Both the position numbers and the translations under genes were made by a program. DNA of 64,000 nucleotides from a virus: IMG/VR virus record IMGVR_UViG_3300038463_000401, one strand, 5' to 3'. Below the pieces are notes generated by a model. That model did no database searches, was not told the origin of the DNA, and was given only the letters and a program-made list of their open reading frames with translations. Positions 17,973 through 29,072 of this stretch are shown in pieces (the stretch's first letter is position 1; every line of letters begins with the position of its first letter).

Positions 17973-18599
17973 CTAGCGGATGCTCACGTTCACCAGATGC
18001 AACCCCGTCGTCGACTGCACCTTCACCGTAAAATAATCCTCGCCGGCGGCGCTGCGCAGCGCGGTGACCGCGGTTAGCGGATCGCTGAGGGCGACCCCGT
18101 CAATTTCCATCACGATGTCCCCGTCGTTAAGACCGACCTGGTCGAAGATGCTGCCGGGGTCGATGTCGGTCAGCCTAAAGCCCACGCCGGGCACGAGGGT
18201 GGCTGCGGCCTGCATCATGACCTTAGCGAGGCCAGGGCCGGCGATATCGTTGCGCAGGGCCGTGCTCAGCGTCACCTCGTCGTCATGCCGCTCGACCTCC
18301 GGCGCCGCCGGCGAGGGCTCAGGTGTCTCTGGGCTGTCTCCGGCCTCGAGCCAAAAGCGACGCTTACCGTCACTTACCAGAGCTCGGCGGGGCTCGACCT
18401 TAACGACCGTCCAGCCGTGGAAGGTACTACCCTCTTCAGCGGTTACCGTCGGCGGCGGGTCGTAGTCGGCGCCCGCATAATATTCGTCGTCAGTGTGATG
18501 GACCTCTCGGCCGCGGTCGGCGATCTGGAAGGTGGCGTAGCTCGTCTTCGTTGAAACGATCGTCCCGACGAGGATGAGGTTTGCTATAAGAGTAAGCAT
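17973..18599 (-). CDS. Type II secretion GspC-like protein (HR + PDZ), apparently lacking the usual N-terminal cytoplasmic/TM part
   Basis: From ATG 18599: LILVGTIV...YATFQI...GWTVVKVEPRRALV (HR-like), Pro linker, GFRLTDIDPGSIFDQVGLNDGDIVMEIDG (PDZ). Confidence 0.7.
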   Translation of the reverse strand: MLTLIANLILVGTIVSTKTSYATFQIADRGREVHHTDDEYYAGADYDPPPTVTAEEGSTFHGWTVVKVEPRRALVSDGKRRFWLEAGDSPETPEPSPAAPEVERHDDEVTLSTALRNDIAGPGLAKVMMQAAATLVPGVGFRLTDIDPGSIFDQVGLNDGDIVMEIDGVALSDPLTAVTALRSAAGEDYFTVKVQSTTGLHLVNVSIR

Positions 18600-18605
18600 C
18601 CTTCG

Positions 18606-18641
18606 ATTGTAATTGACTTTGGCTGCGCGGCCAAATATGGT
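18606..18641. promoter_or_regulatory. Overlapping divergent sigma70-like promoters
   Basis: Minus: TTGGCC (18634-18629)-N17-TACAAT (18611-18606), 6 nt before ATG 18599. Plus: TTGACT (18613-18618)-N17-TATGGT (18636-18641). Confidence 0.5.
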
Positions 18642-18712
18642 CGGGGAAACACGAACTATGTGGCGGGGCGGACGGGGTGGTAAGCTTAGGCTTACCATAT
18701 CTGGAGGTGCCC

Positions 18713-19486
18713 ATGTATCAGGCCAAGTACGCTTACGGCTGTAAACCGTCACGTCATCACGTCGGCGATATGCACTATGCCTGCGCGGGGCTTGCCCCGA
18801 CTCAGCCGGTGCTTAGCTGGCGCGCGCAGTGCTCAGCGCCGTTCAACCAGCTCCAGACTTCGTCCTGCACGGGGAACGCCTCGGCGAAAGCGCTACAGCT
18901 GCGCCGTACGCTTGAGGGCAAGCCGGCCATGGTCAGCAATCCGTCCAGGGACTTCCTCTATTATAACGGCCGCGCGCGCGAGGGCACCACTGGCCAAGAT
19001 GGCGGCGCAACGATCCGCGACGTCGGTATCGGAGCGACCGAGCAGGGTTTCTGCGACGAGACGCTTTGGGAGTTTACCGATGCCAACCTATTGGTGAAAC
19101 CCAATCAAGCCGCCTACCAGGCCGCGGTGAAGGAAGAGGGCGCGCAATTCATGTGGGTGCCACAATCGGGCGGTGCTCTTTTAATTGCATTAAAAACAGC
19201 CCTGGCCGCGAAAGACCCGATCTTCTTTGGCATTACGGTCTACGAGAGCTTTGAGTCCGCACAGACGGCAAAGACCGGCCGCGTGCCTATGCCGCAGTCG
19301 TGGGAGCAGATCCTCGGCGGCCACGCGGTTTGCATGATCGGCTGGAACGACCACATCAAATGCTTTGAGTGCGCTAACTCCTGGGGCTCTGGCTGGGGAG
19401 ACCATGGCTATTTTTGGCTACCCTACTCTTTCGTAGAAGACCAGAACCTGGCATCGGACTTCGGCGCGATCAAGGTTGTAGCCTAA
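18713..19486 (+). CDS. Papain-like C1A cysteine peptidase (xylellain-like)
   Basis: ATG 18713 after GGAGG; FNQ...SSCTGN (Q, C), GGHAV (H), ANSWGSGWGDHGYFWLPY (N). Confidence 0.9.
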   Translation: MYQAKYAYGCKPSRHHVGDMHYACAGLAPTQPVLSWRAQCSAPFNQLQTSSCTGNASAKALQLRRTLEGKPAMVSNPSRDFLYYNGRAREGTTGQDGGATIRDVGIGATEQGFCDETLWEFTDANLLVKPNQAAYQAAVKEEGAQFMWVPQSGGALLIALKTALAAKDPIFFGITVYESFESAQTAKTGRVPMPQSWEQILGGHAVCMIGWNDHIKCFECANSWGSGWGDHGYFWLPYSFVEDQNLASDFGAIKVVA

Positions 19487-19510
19487 TAGCCAACCGCGCT
19501 AGCCAATCGC

Positions 19511-19540
19511 GATAGCTAAAGAAAAGCGGCTTAGGCCGCT
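19511..19540 (-). terminator. Terminator between convergent genes
   Basis: AGCGGC-ctaa-GCCGCT then TTTCTTT on the minus strand. Confidence 0.65.
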
Positions 19541-19546
19541 CTCCTA

Positions 19547-20071
19547 TTAGGTCACCATGCGCAGATGCTTCGTACGCTTTTGCAGCGCCAACATGCTGCC
19601 TGCATGCGAAGCTGCTTCTTTCACAGCGGGTGCTGCGAGCAGAGCTGACTCTGCAAGGGCTTTGAACTCCATCAGCTCGCCGCGCAGCTGGTTGAACTCT
19701 TCGTAGCTGACGCTTTCAATCTTGGCATGCTGCTTGATGAACTGGATGAACTGCTTACGATAGCATGAGGCTGCTGGGCTCTTAGCGTGGAAAGCAAAGG
19801 TCAGCATGTCCACATCTGACCATAAGTGCATGTCCTTGCGAACACGCTTAATGCCGAATTCTACTCGATTTTGTTGAAGGAATTCCTTAGCGTCCGAATT
19901 TCCGACGCTAAGCCCACCAAACTCTAGCCGGTGCACGTTATATATCTCCCGAAACGTGCTTTCGTTGATCGCCAGCGCCTCGCAAATAGACTTACTCGTG
20001 CAGTAGAGATCCCCGCGGATATCTACCATCGGTACACATAACCCCTGAAACGACCACCTAACTAGCTTCAT
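19547..20071 (-). CDS. Phage antirepressor/KilA-like DNA-binding protein
   Basis: LYCTSKSICEALAI...HLWSDVDMLTFAF...ASCYRKQFI pattern; own GGTATAAG and GGAGAACAC signals. Confidence 0.5.
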   Translation of the reverse strand: MKLVRWSFQGLCVPMVDIRGDLYCTSKSICEALAINESTFREIYNVHRLEFGGLSVGNSDAKEFLQQNRVEFGIKRVRKDMHLWSDVDMLTFAFHAKSPAASCYRKQFIQFIKQHAKIESVSYEEFNQLRGELMEFKALAESALLAAPAVKEAASHAGSMLALQKRTKHLRMVT

Positions 20072-20104
20072 GTGTTCTCCAAATTTAGTTATCTTATAAA
20101 AGAC

Positions 20105-20431
20105 TTATACCGTTGCCTCCTCCGCCTCTTCATAATGAAAAATCCCGTCCTGGTCGATGTGATGAAGCTCGCAGCAGACCTTCTGCGGCGCGAACTCGAC
20201 GACCATTACCTGCGCAGCATCGTTACGGTCGAGTTCCATCTCAAAGAGCGATCCATCTTTGAGAAGGAACATCGCCGTGACGACGGACTTGTAGGACTTG
20301 ACCTTGCCGGCGGGTAGGGAGCCTTTGCCCTTGCAGATACCGCATTTGCGAAAATTATCGCCTACGGCGGCAAGACGGCTCGGTCCGTTATGCCCGCGAC
20401 CCTTGCAAGTTGGACACCACTTTCGCGCCAT
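20105..20431 (-). CDS. Protein with two CxxCxGxG (DnaJ-type) Zn motifs
   Basis: CPTCKGRG, CGICKGKG. Confidence 0.6.
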   Translation of the reverse strand: MARKWCPTCKGRGHNGPSRLAAVGDNFRKCGICKGKGSLPAGKVKSYKSVVTAMFLLKDGSLFEMELDRNDAAQVMVVEFAPQKVCCELHHIDQDGIFHYEEAEEATV

Positions 20432-20434
20432 CTT

Positions 20435-21169
20435 TCAACCTAAGCGAGCTTTGAGCTTCCTGATCTCGGTTTCCGCCTCGGCAGGCGCGCACGCGCCCTC
20501 ATCCAAGCTATCCAAGATGGAATGAAGTTTGACAAGAACAGGGTCCTCATTTAAAGCCTTAGCCAGGCGTGTCTTGGAGCAATGAATCATCATAGGCGAC
20601 ACGGCCTTACCAAGCCAGTCCCGCATGACTTCGCGGGTGACGTAATCAGTACGTTCCTTTACGACGGCGTACACGAGATCGTCGAGCATGCGGAGGTACC
20701 TCCTCCATCATGATACCTTAACAGGGGTCTTGATCACATTGAACGCCGGAAGAGACTTCTTTAGCTCCTGGTAATGATCTATACGAGCCTTCTGTTTAGA
20801 AATCTCACCAGTTGCTATCTTGACGAAGCCATCGAGCTTGACAGCCAGCTCCTTCTTAGCGTCCTCAACGCTGTGCCAATATTTGGTGCGAGGGCATTTA
20901 TCTCCGCCAAAGGACAGCGTCACCTCGCAACCATTAGCGCAGCGAATACGTACGTTGCGGTACTGATAGTTCACCTGTATGACTCGGTGCGCGGTTATTG
21001 AAAACTTTTGCTCGTCGAGCTCCATTTTGCTGGAATAGCGCCCATCCACAAGGTCTGTCTCATAGAGAACATCATTGAGTTGAATAGGCTGCTGCGAGGC
21101 AGACATCATCGCAGGGCCGCTTCCGATAACCGCGAGATCTTGCTTCAAGAACTGACGTGTCTTAGCCAT
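20435..21169 (-). other. Two hypothetical CDS (20435-20689, 20708-21169)
   Basis: Co-oriented, tightly packed, GGAGG-type RBS. Confidence 0.55.
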
Positions 21170-21181
21170 TTGATTAACCTT

Positions 21182-22411
21182 TCAGCTAAATAGTTTTCTG
21201 TGAAACTCCGTCACCGCCGGGTGACTCTTAATCGACGTCCTATCCCACCCCATGATGTAGAGACCCTCTGGGCTGCGCACGCGGGACAATGCCACATAGG
21301 CTTGCCCCGCGTCCCACAAATCGCTTAGGTCGACCGCCATCTTATCCAGAGTGCATCCCTGGCTTTTATGAATCGTTGTTGCCCAAGCGAGATTGATCGG
21401 AAAGTTGGTGGCCGATGCGACGTCGTCCCCGTGTCCGTCTTTCATAGTGAACGTCGTTTCCTCGATAACCACGGTGCTGCCTGTAGCCAGCTCGACTACC
21501 ACTTCGATAGCACCGAGCTGCCTCACCCAGCCTAGGCTTCCGTTCACGTAAGCAAAGTCTGGGTCGTTTGCCCGCAACATAATGAGGGAACCGGTCTTTA
21601 ACCTAAGCATCCCGGGGACTGGTGCATTCCTTTTGATCTGCTCCTCGTAAGATTCGGTTTTGCCCCAGTAGAGTGTGCGGTAGACACGTTCTTCCCCCGC
21701 TAGCTCTGCGAGCTTGCCGAGGTTGTAGCCCTCGACATCCCCGCGCCTCCCGAAGAGACGCGGCACGTCATCTGGGACAAAGAGCATTCTGCTGCGTAGG
21801 AAGGCCTCGACTTCCGATGTGACCTGCCCCACACGCACTCGGTTGAGCACTTCAAGGAAGGCGGGATCGGTCGACCGCATTGGAGTCTTCAGCATGACGG
21901 GGTAGAAGTCTGACTTCTTCCATGCCTTGCTGTTAAAGCACCAGTCCGGCGGTCCATATTGGTTGACTGGCGGCAGTTGTCGGAAGTCTCCGACAACGAC
22001 GACTTGGAGACCGCCCCACGGCTTACTCGCTCCGCGAACGAGACGGGCAATCTGCTCGGCAGCATCGAGCGCATCACCGGGGATCATCGAGATCTCGTCG
22101 ATCAGCACGCCCTTAGCCGCGCGTAGGCGGTTCACCACCTTATCCTTGGTCAAGGCCTCCGCTACTACCCGCTCGATGCTGCCCGCCATCGTCCCCAGCC
22201 CAAAGAAACTATGGAACGTCCGCCCCCCGATCAATAGCGCCGCGGCGCCGGTCGAGGCCACGACTGGGAAGGAGGATCTCCCCCTTCCTTTTAGGAAGTG
22301 CCTCGTGAGGTGAGATTTGCCCGTGCCTGCGGCACCAGTGAGGAATACATTCCTTCCGCTTGCCAAAGCGCCCATGGCCTTAGCTTGGCATTCGTTGAGT
22401 TGGTCGGCCAT
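21182..22411 (-). CDS. Pif1/RecD-like SF1B helicase
   Basis: TGAAGTGKS, LIDEISM, VGDFRQLPPV, AWATTIHKSQG, GQAYVALSR. Confidence 0.92.
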   Translation of the reverse strand: MADQLNECQAKAMGALASGRNVFLTGAAGTGKSHLTRHFLKGRGRSSFPVVASTGAAALLIGGRTFHSFFGLGTMAGSIERVVAEALTKDKVVNRLRAAKGVLIDEISMIPGDALDAAEQIARLVRGASKPWGGLQVVVVGDFRQLPPVNQYGPPDWCFNSKAWKKSDFYPVMLKTPMRSTDPAFLEVLNRVRVGQVTSEVEAFLRSRMLFVPDDVPRLFGRRGDVEGYNLGKLAELAGEERVYRTLYWGKTESYEEQIKRNAPVPGMLRLKTGSLIMLRANDPDFAYVNGSLGWVRQLGAIEVVVELATGSTVVIEETTFTMKDGHGDDVASATNFPINLAWATTIHKSQGCTLDKMAVDLSDLWDAGQAYVALSRVRSPEGLYIMGWDRTSIKSHPAVTEFHRKLFS

Positions 22412-22429
22412 TGCACTTTGTGTTCTCCG

Positions 22430-22948
22430 TTAAACAGTAATTGTAATGTCGATGTGGTTTATCGGTTGTACAGGGTGCATATCGTGGTGAACCACATCTC
22501 CCACGAAATGAACGTTGGTGACATGGCCAACCACCTTCCCGTCTAGATCTAGAAGGCGCCCATCCCGATAAATGAGCTCGTACCCCTGTGCAGCATAGAA
22601 GCGAGCCAGGGCGAACCACGCCTCCTCGCCCTTCTCTAATTTCTCGAAGATGCGGTTCAGGGCCTGTTGCCACTCCGCGTCAGGCAACCCTAGAGTTTCT
22701 CTGCCGCCCATTCTTCCCTCGCCCATCTCAGCTTAAACGGCGCCTTCTTCATTTCGAGAGAAACCTCGACGAAGCTGTTGCGCCAAGTCCGCGAGCCTAC
22801 CGGCTTTAGCTCCTCTTTGCAACGTTTAGCAAACGTCGCGACGATGTCCTTCATGGACTCTTCTGCAAGCTCAATGCGGGTTGCGCCCACAGGATGCTGA
22901 ACAAGACGATCACGCAAACGAGTGAGTTTGACCACATAGAGCTTCATC
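22430..22948 (-). other. Two small hypothetical CDS
   Basis: 22430-22726 and 22690-22948 (MKLYVVK start). Confidence 0.45.
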
Positions 22949-23447
22949 TCCCCTCCCTTATTGATCTGGCCACAAACGGCAGCCACCACCAGTATCGCCA
23001 GATGTGAAAGCCGTCTGCACGCATCCTGCTGTAGGCATCATAGACTGTTTTGTGTCTAACCCAAACATCGTAGGCCCAAAAGACAGCCCCAGATCTGTCC
23101 CGCCCCTCGGCGCAATGTACGTAAATGGGGAGCTTGCGCTCCTGCATCTCCTGTATGATGTCCACCGCGATTGTCAACGATTTATGCGAAGGCGGCCAGA
23201 TCACGCTCAGAGATTCATGGTAAAAAGCCATGTCCGGGTAGAACATACGCAGCGTCCGCACCCACGACTGCTCTAGGTCAATGTCATCATCTTCGAGGAC
23301 GTCGCTTTGCAGGCTCAGAATACACTCGATGCCGTGCTCCTTGTGCAGCCATGCGACCTCGTCTCGCGACTGCGGGCGAGGGCCGCGAAAGACGCCGGGG
23401 CTGTCTTCGATGATGTTAAGTGCCACGTAGTGGTCCTCCCTCTCCAT
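22944..23447 (-). CDS. CX5R tyrosine/dual-specificity phosphatase
   Basis: IYVHCAEGRDRSG P-loop; FRGPRP N-terminal motif. Confidence 0.88.
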   Translation of the reverse strand: MEREDHYVALNIIEDSPGVFRGPRPQSRDEVAWLHKEHGIECILSLQSDVLEDDDIDLEQSWVRTLRMFYPDMAFYHESLSVIWPPSHKSLTIAVDIIQEMQERKLPIYVHCAEGRDRSGAVFWAYDVWVRHKTVYDAYSRMRADGFHIWRYWWWLPFVARSIREGR

Positions 23448-26400
23448 GCGCTTCTTTGTACGTTTGATCGTGGAAATAGCCGCACTTGTTGCAGAAACGG
23501 TTATCTACGCTAACTTGATAGTTGCACCCTGGACGCCAAATCTTATCCTCATACTGCCCGCACAGCGCCTCGCCGACGTCATCCAACTTGATGTCCCAGA
23601 ACCTCTGAAATTCCCCGTGCAGCCACTTGCGGTGTTTGCTGTCACCATGGGCGACGTGCACGAAGAACATCCTGAGGCGTTCGCGCAGGGCGTCGTCGTT
23701 CATGCGAACTTATCCCTTAGCTTGGCAAACTTTTCGCGAAGCTTCTCCAAAGCTTTGATGTAGCCCCGGTGGTGCTCTAGCTCTTTGTCAATGTCATCAC
23801 ACATCTTGTTGAAGACCGCACTCTTGTTCAGGAAGAATATGCGGCCAAGGTCCGACCCATTGCATTGGCGCGGGTAACGATCGTCGCTGAACTTTATACG
23901 ACCCTTCGTTACTCCAGAGACCGCTCTGCCGCTAGCATCATCGTGATAGTTGCGAAAGAACACCTGCTGGCCTGGCTTAATTAACTGTGTTAAATCGATA
24001 CTCATGCTGTCCTCCGCCTCTTCGGCACCCGCACAGGTTTGTGGAGATCTTCGATCTCACCGCGCAATACGTCGATCGTCGAAAGCAGCCTCTGGGTAAT
24101 GTCCTCCCACGGCGTGTCGATGTAAACAAGGGTGCCGTTCTCGTCATTAAGTAATTCAATGGCGCGGCCCTTGACGCTTCTCTCCAATGGACTCAACGTT
24201 TGCTCCTACGTTCACGTTTAGCTATTGCTTTGGCAAGCTTTGCCTGTTCTTGCGCGGCCCAGCGAACTTTGTCCTCTTTGCTGACAACACGGGGTTCGGG
24301 TTCGGGGCGCGAGCGCCGCGGCTCGTGGGCAAAACCCGTAGCAGCTAGAGCCATGCCTGCGGCCATAGCGGCAAACGTATTGCCTCGCGCATGCTTCGCC
24401 CGACGCAGCTCCTTCGCATCCTCAAGCTCCCTGTTCAGCTTCACTGCGTCCGCGGCGAACTTAACCATGACCGCCCGGCGATCTCCTTCGCTCGGGGTTA
24501 GATGTTCTGGCACCTTCTTCAGGCCTTCGAGCATGATCCCAACATGCTTCAGGTATCTCTGACACTCCGCAGTGTTAGACGGACGGGGCAGCCGGTCGTC
24601 CATTCGTACGTAATAGCGCGGTAGCGTCAGCGCCTCCTCCGCCGGCAGCGCATACTTGTCGACGTCAGTATCTAGGGTTTCGATGTGGGCGAGGTTGCCG
24701 TCTTCGTTGGTATGGAAGAGGCCTTTGGGCAAGAACAACCGCGCGAACTTGCCGTGCCATTGGCCATCGCCGCGGGGATTGCATGCCGAGCAGTAATGTC
24801 CCCACGGTTGGCCTTCCGCGAGGCCGAGCTTGTCGCGGTAGCTCTGGTATTCGGGCTTGCCTTTTATGTACTCGTTCCCTGTCCAGTAACCTTCGGTAAG
24901 GCTCGTGTTTTCGAGGCACCCGCATTTATCGCACTGGAAGAGGCTCATAGATCACCCACCTCCTTCAGCCACTTCTTATAGCAATCCACGTAGCCATCGT
25001 CCGGCACTGCCTCGACCCCCGTCGAGTAGAACCACACGGGCACGCCAGCCTCCGCCTCCTTCACATAGACTTGATCGCCAGGTTTGTGTCCGCAGACTCG
25101 GACAGCCTGCATGGTGCTAATCGCCAGACCACTACCATTAACCGGTACAGGAGTGGGCTGGTATTGTTGATAGTTGACGCAGCCCCTCTCGTCTGCCCTG
25201 AAGGTATGCCGCTGCCGCTCCTGGGCTTCATCGGCGCGCTTTTCCTCGTCAACAATGCAGGCCTTGATGCTGTCAACGCACCTTAGCTTGCCGGCCGCAC
25301 TATAATGCCCTGTCAGGCCACAGAGAGCGATGGCTAGCTGTACGTTCATATTACCCCCAATAACTCGCAAGTTCCCACCTGGACTCTTGCCATTTGATTC
25401 CCATGAGTTCGCAGAAATCCTTTAGCTGCTTGATCTCGGCCTTAGTCGGCTCAACCAGCCTCACCTCTTCTGGGTAGCCGCGGCGCGCGCAAATCTTCGT
25501 GCGCTTCAAAGCAACGAACCACATTGAGGAGTCGATGTAGCAGTGCGTATCTATAGTACAAGGACAGGCCTCTACAGCGGCTCTGGCCTTGTCCCAATAG
25601 GCATGGTACGCCGCCTTCGTGCTGTCACTGAACTCTTCGTCCGGGGCCAAGATGCCCCCAGCGCGCGCGGCGTATACTCTCTCCCAGTTATGGTCTTCGC
25701 CCTCCAGCCAACCGGGAGCGCCTTCTCCGTCTTCCTCGCTGTAGAAGGTGAAACCGAAATATAGATAAGCGTTAGTCGAAGTGCCCATGGTTCCTCAGTA
25801 GTGATTGGGTTCCTTGGCGTTAGCCTCATGTAGCGTACGCTGCGCGTACTCAGCACTGGCGGTTCTGCCCTCCGCGATGACCCCAAGTGCGTATTCGAAG
25901 TCATCTGCAGCATTCAACTTTGCCGCTGTCTTCTGTGCCATCTCTGGCGATGGGCACACACAGATATGCTTGAGGACGGGGCCAACCCCATCGTGGTGGT
26001 CTTTGACTACGGATAGGCCCTCCGCGTGGTAGTACTTACGTGCCACTAACAAACTCCATAACCTCGCCCTTAACTGGCGAGTCCCAGGGCTCGATTTCAA
26101 ACTTCCCCTGCAATCCAGCCTCCGCGAGCGACCGCATTGCAAAGCCCAATGCGCGGGATGGTGTACGCCCATAAGCCATTAGGCCATAGTCCCCAAGCCA
26201 GATCTTGGCCGAATACCACAGCTCCCCGTGATAGGTGCACTGCTCCAGGCGGAACTCAAACCCGCCGTCGCGCATGACTACTTCGTCTGAAGACACGCGA
26301 TTGCCTCCTTCGCTATTGTTATCCAGAACGTCCTGATAGCCTCGCGGTTCTCCCAGTCGGCGTCGATCTCCACCTGATCCGCTGGCGGCCGCTTCATAAT

Positions 26401-26481
26401 CTCCGTTTGCTTGGCCCAGCCGGCTCGGTGCAGGGCGCGGGCCAGTTCTGGGGCACCCATAACTGACCTGGGTTTCTTCAT
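23416..26481 (-). other. Run of ~9 small hypothetical CDS, including a Cys-rich protein at 24193-24948
   Basis: Chained overlaps (23416, 23700, 24002, 24193, 24945, 25351, 25795-26046, 26036, 26278); 24193 has FQCDKCGC...CSACNP. Confidence 0.55.
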
Positions 26482-26515
26482 GATGGGAGTTCCTCCAGAG
26501 CGCTTATACCTAAAA

Positions 26516-27025
26516 TTAAACGAGCGCGTTGAGAACCTTGAAGAGGCTGAGGTTCAACCTGTTCAGGTCGTCCTGGGTGACGTTCCACCGCTCCTTGAGG
26601 CCGATGGCTTTGAATGTGAACACCTTGACTTCCCAGTCCGCATAGGGACGGAAGATCTTCACGAAGATGTCGTCTGGGATCACATCCTTCATCGTCTTCG
26701 CCGCGGCGTATATGGCCCGGTCTACGGAGGGGTTCCACTTGCGCTTATTGGCAGGCTCGATGTGCCAGACGTAGTCATCCCCGTCCCAGCCGTGCTGGAT
26801 TTGGATGTTGCCCGCCATCTGCGTAAGGAAAACCGCGGGCGTCATCTGGGCTGTGGCCCCTGCCCCCGCCAGGTTTTTACGCTGGCGGGAAGCGGGCGCG
26901 TCCTTTTCTGCGTTGGCAGCCATCATCCCAACGAAGTATTTAACCTCCTTCTCCGGGCGGTTAAACACATCATCGAGGAGTGACCTTACCGTGGCGTTAG
27001 GGGGCTTCTTCCGATACGACGACAT
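26516..27025 (-). CDS. Hypothetical protein
   Basis: 169-aa ORF in the operon. Confidence 0.55.
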   Translation of the reverse strand: MSSYRKKPPNATVRSLLDDVFNRPEKEVKYFVGMMAANAEKDAPASRQRKNLAGAGATAQMTPAVFLTQMAGNIQIQHGWDGDDYVWHIEPANKRKWNPSVDRAIYAAAKTMKDVIPDDIFVKIFRPYADWEVKVFTFKAIGLKERWNVTQDDLNRLNLSLFKVLNALV

Positions 27026-27480
27026 AATCCATCCTCTACTTCGTATTCGAATAAAATATCGACTAGCCCAGCGACGTCGTCGAAATCAAAAACGTGCCCA
27101 CCGGAAAACACAACGCTCTCCAGGCCAGCCGCGGTCCATGTGCCGTCTGGTGGAATTAGGTTAGCAGGCAGTAGCAACATGTCTCGAATGTCGTCCACCC
27201 CAATCAAACCGAATGCCGGAACTCCCGCGCGCATCATAGTTTGAAGGAATGTCTGCTGCGGCCCCGTAAACGGGTGCTTGAGCAGTGAGGCCTTTGATGC
27301 AGGCTTTCCGAAAGATTTGATCAGCTTCGATTCAACAACCACACTCCTGCCGCCCTTCCAGAGGCAGAAGTCCGGTATCCCAACATGGTACTTCTCCGCC
27401 ATCTTCAGTTTGGCAATCTCCGGGCTGAAGGCGTTGAGCTTCTTGCTTAGGTAGGCGTTGAACGCGTCTTCGTTACGCAT
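26986..27480 (-). CDS. PD-(D/E)xK nuclease (VRR-Nuc/Holliday junction resolvase-like)
   Basis: E...GIPDF...VVVESK; TGPQQTFL typical of VRR-Nuc. Confidence 0.7.
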   Translation of the reverse strand: MRNEDAFNAYLSKKLNAFSPEIAKLKMAEKYHVGIPDFCLWKGGRSVVVESKLIKSFGKPASKASLLKHPFTGPQQTFLQTMMRAGVPAFGLIGVDDIRDMLLLPANLIPPDGTWTAAGLESVVFSGGHVFDFDDVAGLVDILFEYEVEDGLCRRIGRSPLTPR

Positions 27481-28617
27481 GTTTCCTCCATGTTGTAAAA
27501 CTCAGGGGTACGCCCCAGTGTCTTCAATACCGCAACCCATCCTTCTTCTGGCTCCCCCAGTTCGTAGCTGGTGTTACGCGTCTTGGCGACCCGGTTGCCA
27601 ACATCAAGCATTAGTATCTTCGAGGTCACGATGCGGTGCCCATCCTCGCACTTTGGGTGGCCGGTGACCGTACCCAACAAGGATGCTGAGGACCCACTGA
27701 AATAAAGGGTAAGAGACCAGTCATCTAGTCTAGGCATGTTCAGTCCTTTGGCCAGCAAGAGGGGGCAGCCAGCGACCTCGAGTAGCAGACCGCCTCTTTA
27801 TTTTCACACCTAAACATGAAGTGCTCGTTGTTAACCTCCTCGCAGGCCATCTCCCACTTAGACGCTGGGGTCGGCGGCGGGTGCATCTCCGACTTGTCCG
27901 CTAGAGCAGGTGGGAGGTGAAAGCACACCCATAGGATAAGAGCTAGCCCGCCGAGGATAGCTACGAGGGATAAAGCTGCGGTCTTCACTTCATGGTCTCC
28001 ACATCAAATAGCGGCGCCGTCCAGTCATTGACCGCGCCAGCTGTGTTACAAAGAAACGGTTTCTGCTTCAGGTAGCTAGCGTTGGGTGTACTGGCAAAGA
28101 TCTTCATCGACGGCTCTGCCTGCTTTTCTAAGAACATGCGCTTGGCCTGAGCGGGGTATTGCCTGAGCACATGCAGCTCATCGGCGTCAAACACAACCGT
28201 CCCCTCTTGGGCCATTGCCATCCAAGGGTAGATATAGCGCGGTACCCACAGCATCGGTGTTCCCTCGACGCTCATCTTCAGATACGTCTTGCAGAACTTG
28301 AACCAGTTCGTGCCCTGCTCATCTATGAGATCCAGCAGCTGTTGGGGGCCAACCTGCTTGTAGTCCCAGAGGTGGTCAGCCACCATGGCTTCATAAAGGT
28401 GGATCATCGCCGTTTGGTGCTGGTCGACGAGCCGCCGGTAAGCCACTAGGCGCCCCTCGCGTATTGCTGCCTTGATTTCTTCTACCTTAGCCGACAGCCA
28501 GTCATACACAGGCTGCCCGTCTCGCGTGCGTATCTGCTTGGCGTACCAGCTGCCCTCATCAAGCGCATCCCGCAGTACCGATTTACGGTATGCGTCAAAG
28601 TGCTTCGCTAAGTCCAT
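27447..28617 (-). other. Three hypothetical CDS (27447-27758, 27740-27988 membrane-anchored, 27985-28617)
   Basis: Overlapping junctions; GGAGAACAC before 28617. Confidence 0.55.
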
Positions 28618-28625
28618 GTGTTCTC

Positions 28626-29036
28626 CTACGGATTAAGTAGCCGCTTCAACTCCTCCATCGCTGCGGCTTTATCCCGACTGCGCTCGAGGATCTCCAATGC
28701 CTGTTTCAGACCCTCCGCATATACGATTGACTCGTCTGATTCCTCTTTAACGATGGCGAACGTGCGTATCCGCACCAGGCCGTCGTCGCTGCGTATATAG
28801 CCCTCAATGACATAGCGGCCGCCCTCACGCACCTTGTCGCGCGCGAGCTCGGCCGCTCTACCTAAGCTTTCTATTCTAATAATGTTGGTTTTAAGGCAGG
28901 GGTGGCCAGTGCGGTTGTTGAACCGTTCATTCACGTGGAAGTCGAACGTCGTCAGGGGGGTACGTGGCGGTAGCATTGTATAAAGAGGTTGGCTCGCGGC
29001 GCGTCCACTAAGCCAAACCTTGTTGATATCGGCCAT
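28626..29036 (-). CDS. ssb: SSB-like OB-fold protein without acidic tail
   Basis: ATG 29036 after GGAGAACAC; MADINKVWLSGR...VREGGRYVIEGYIRS. Confidence 0.65.
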   Translation of the reverse strand: MADINKVWLSGRAASQPLYTMLPPRTPLTTFDFHVNERFNNRTGHPCLKTNIIRIESLGRAAELARDKVREGGRYVIEGYIRSDDGLVRIRTFAIVKEESDESIVYAEGLKQALEILERSRDKAAAMEELKRLLNP

Positions 29037-29072
29037 TGCTGTGTTCTCCGGTGGGGCAAATGACCCCACTGG

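Noticed and set aside
17973-18752. Track start 18752 for the PDZ gene (and 18677 for the peptidase)
   Set aside because: These starts would overlap the two divergent genes. ATG 18599 (promoter-adjacent) and ATG 18713 (GGAGG) fit better.
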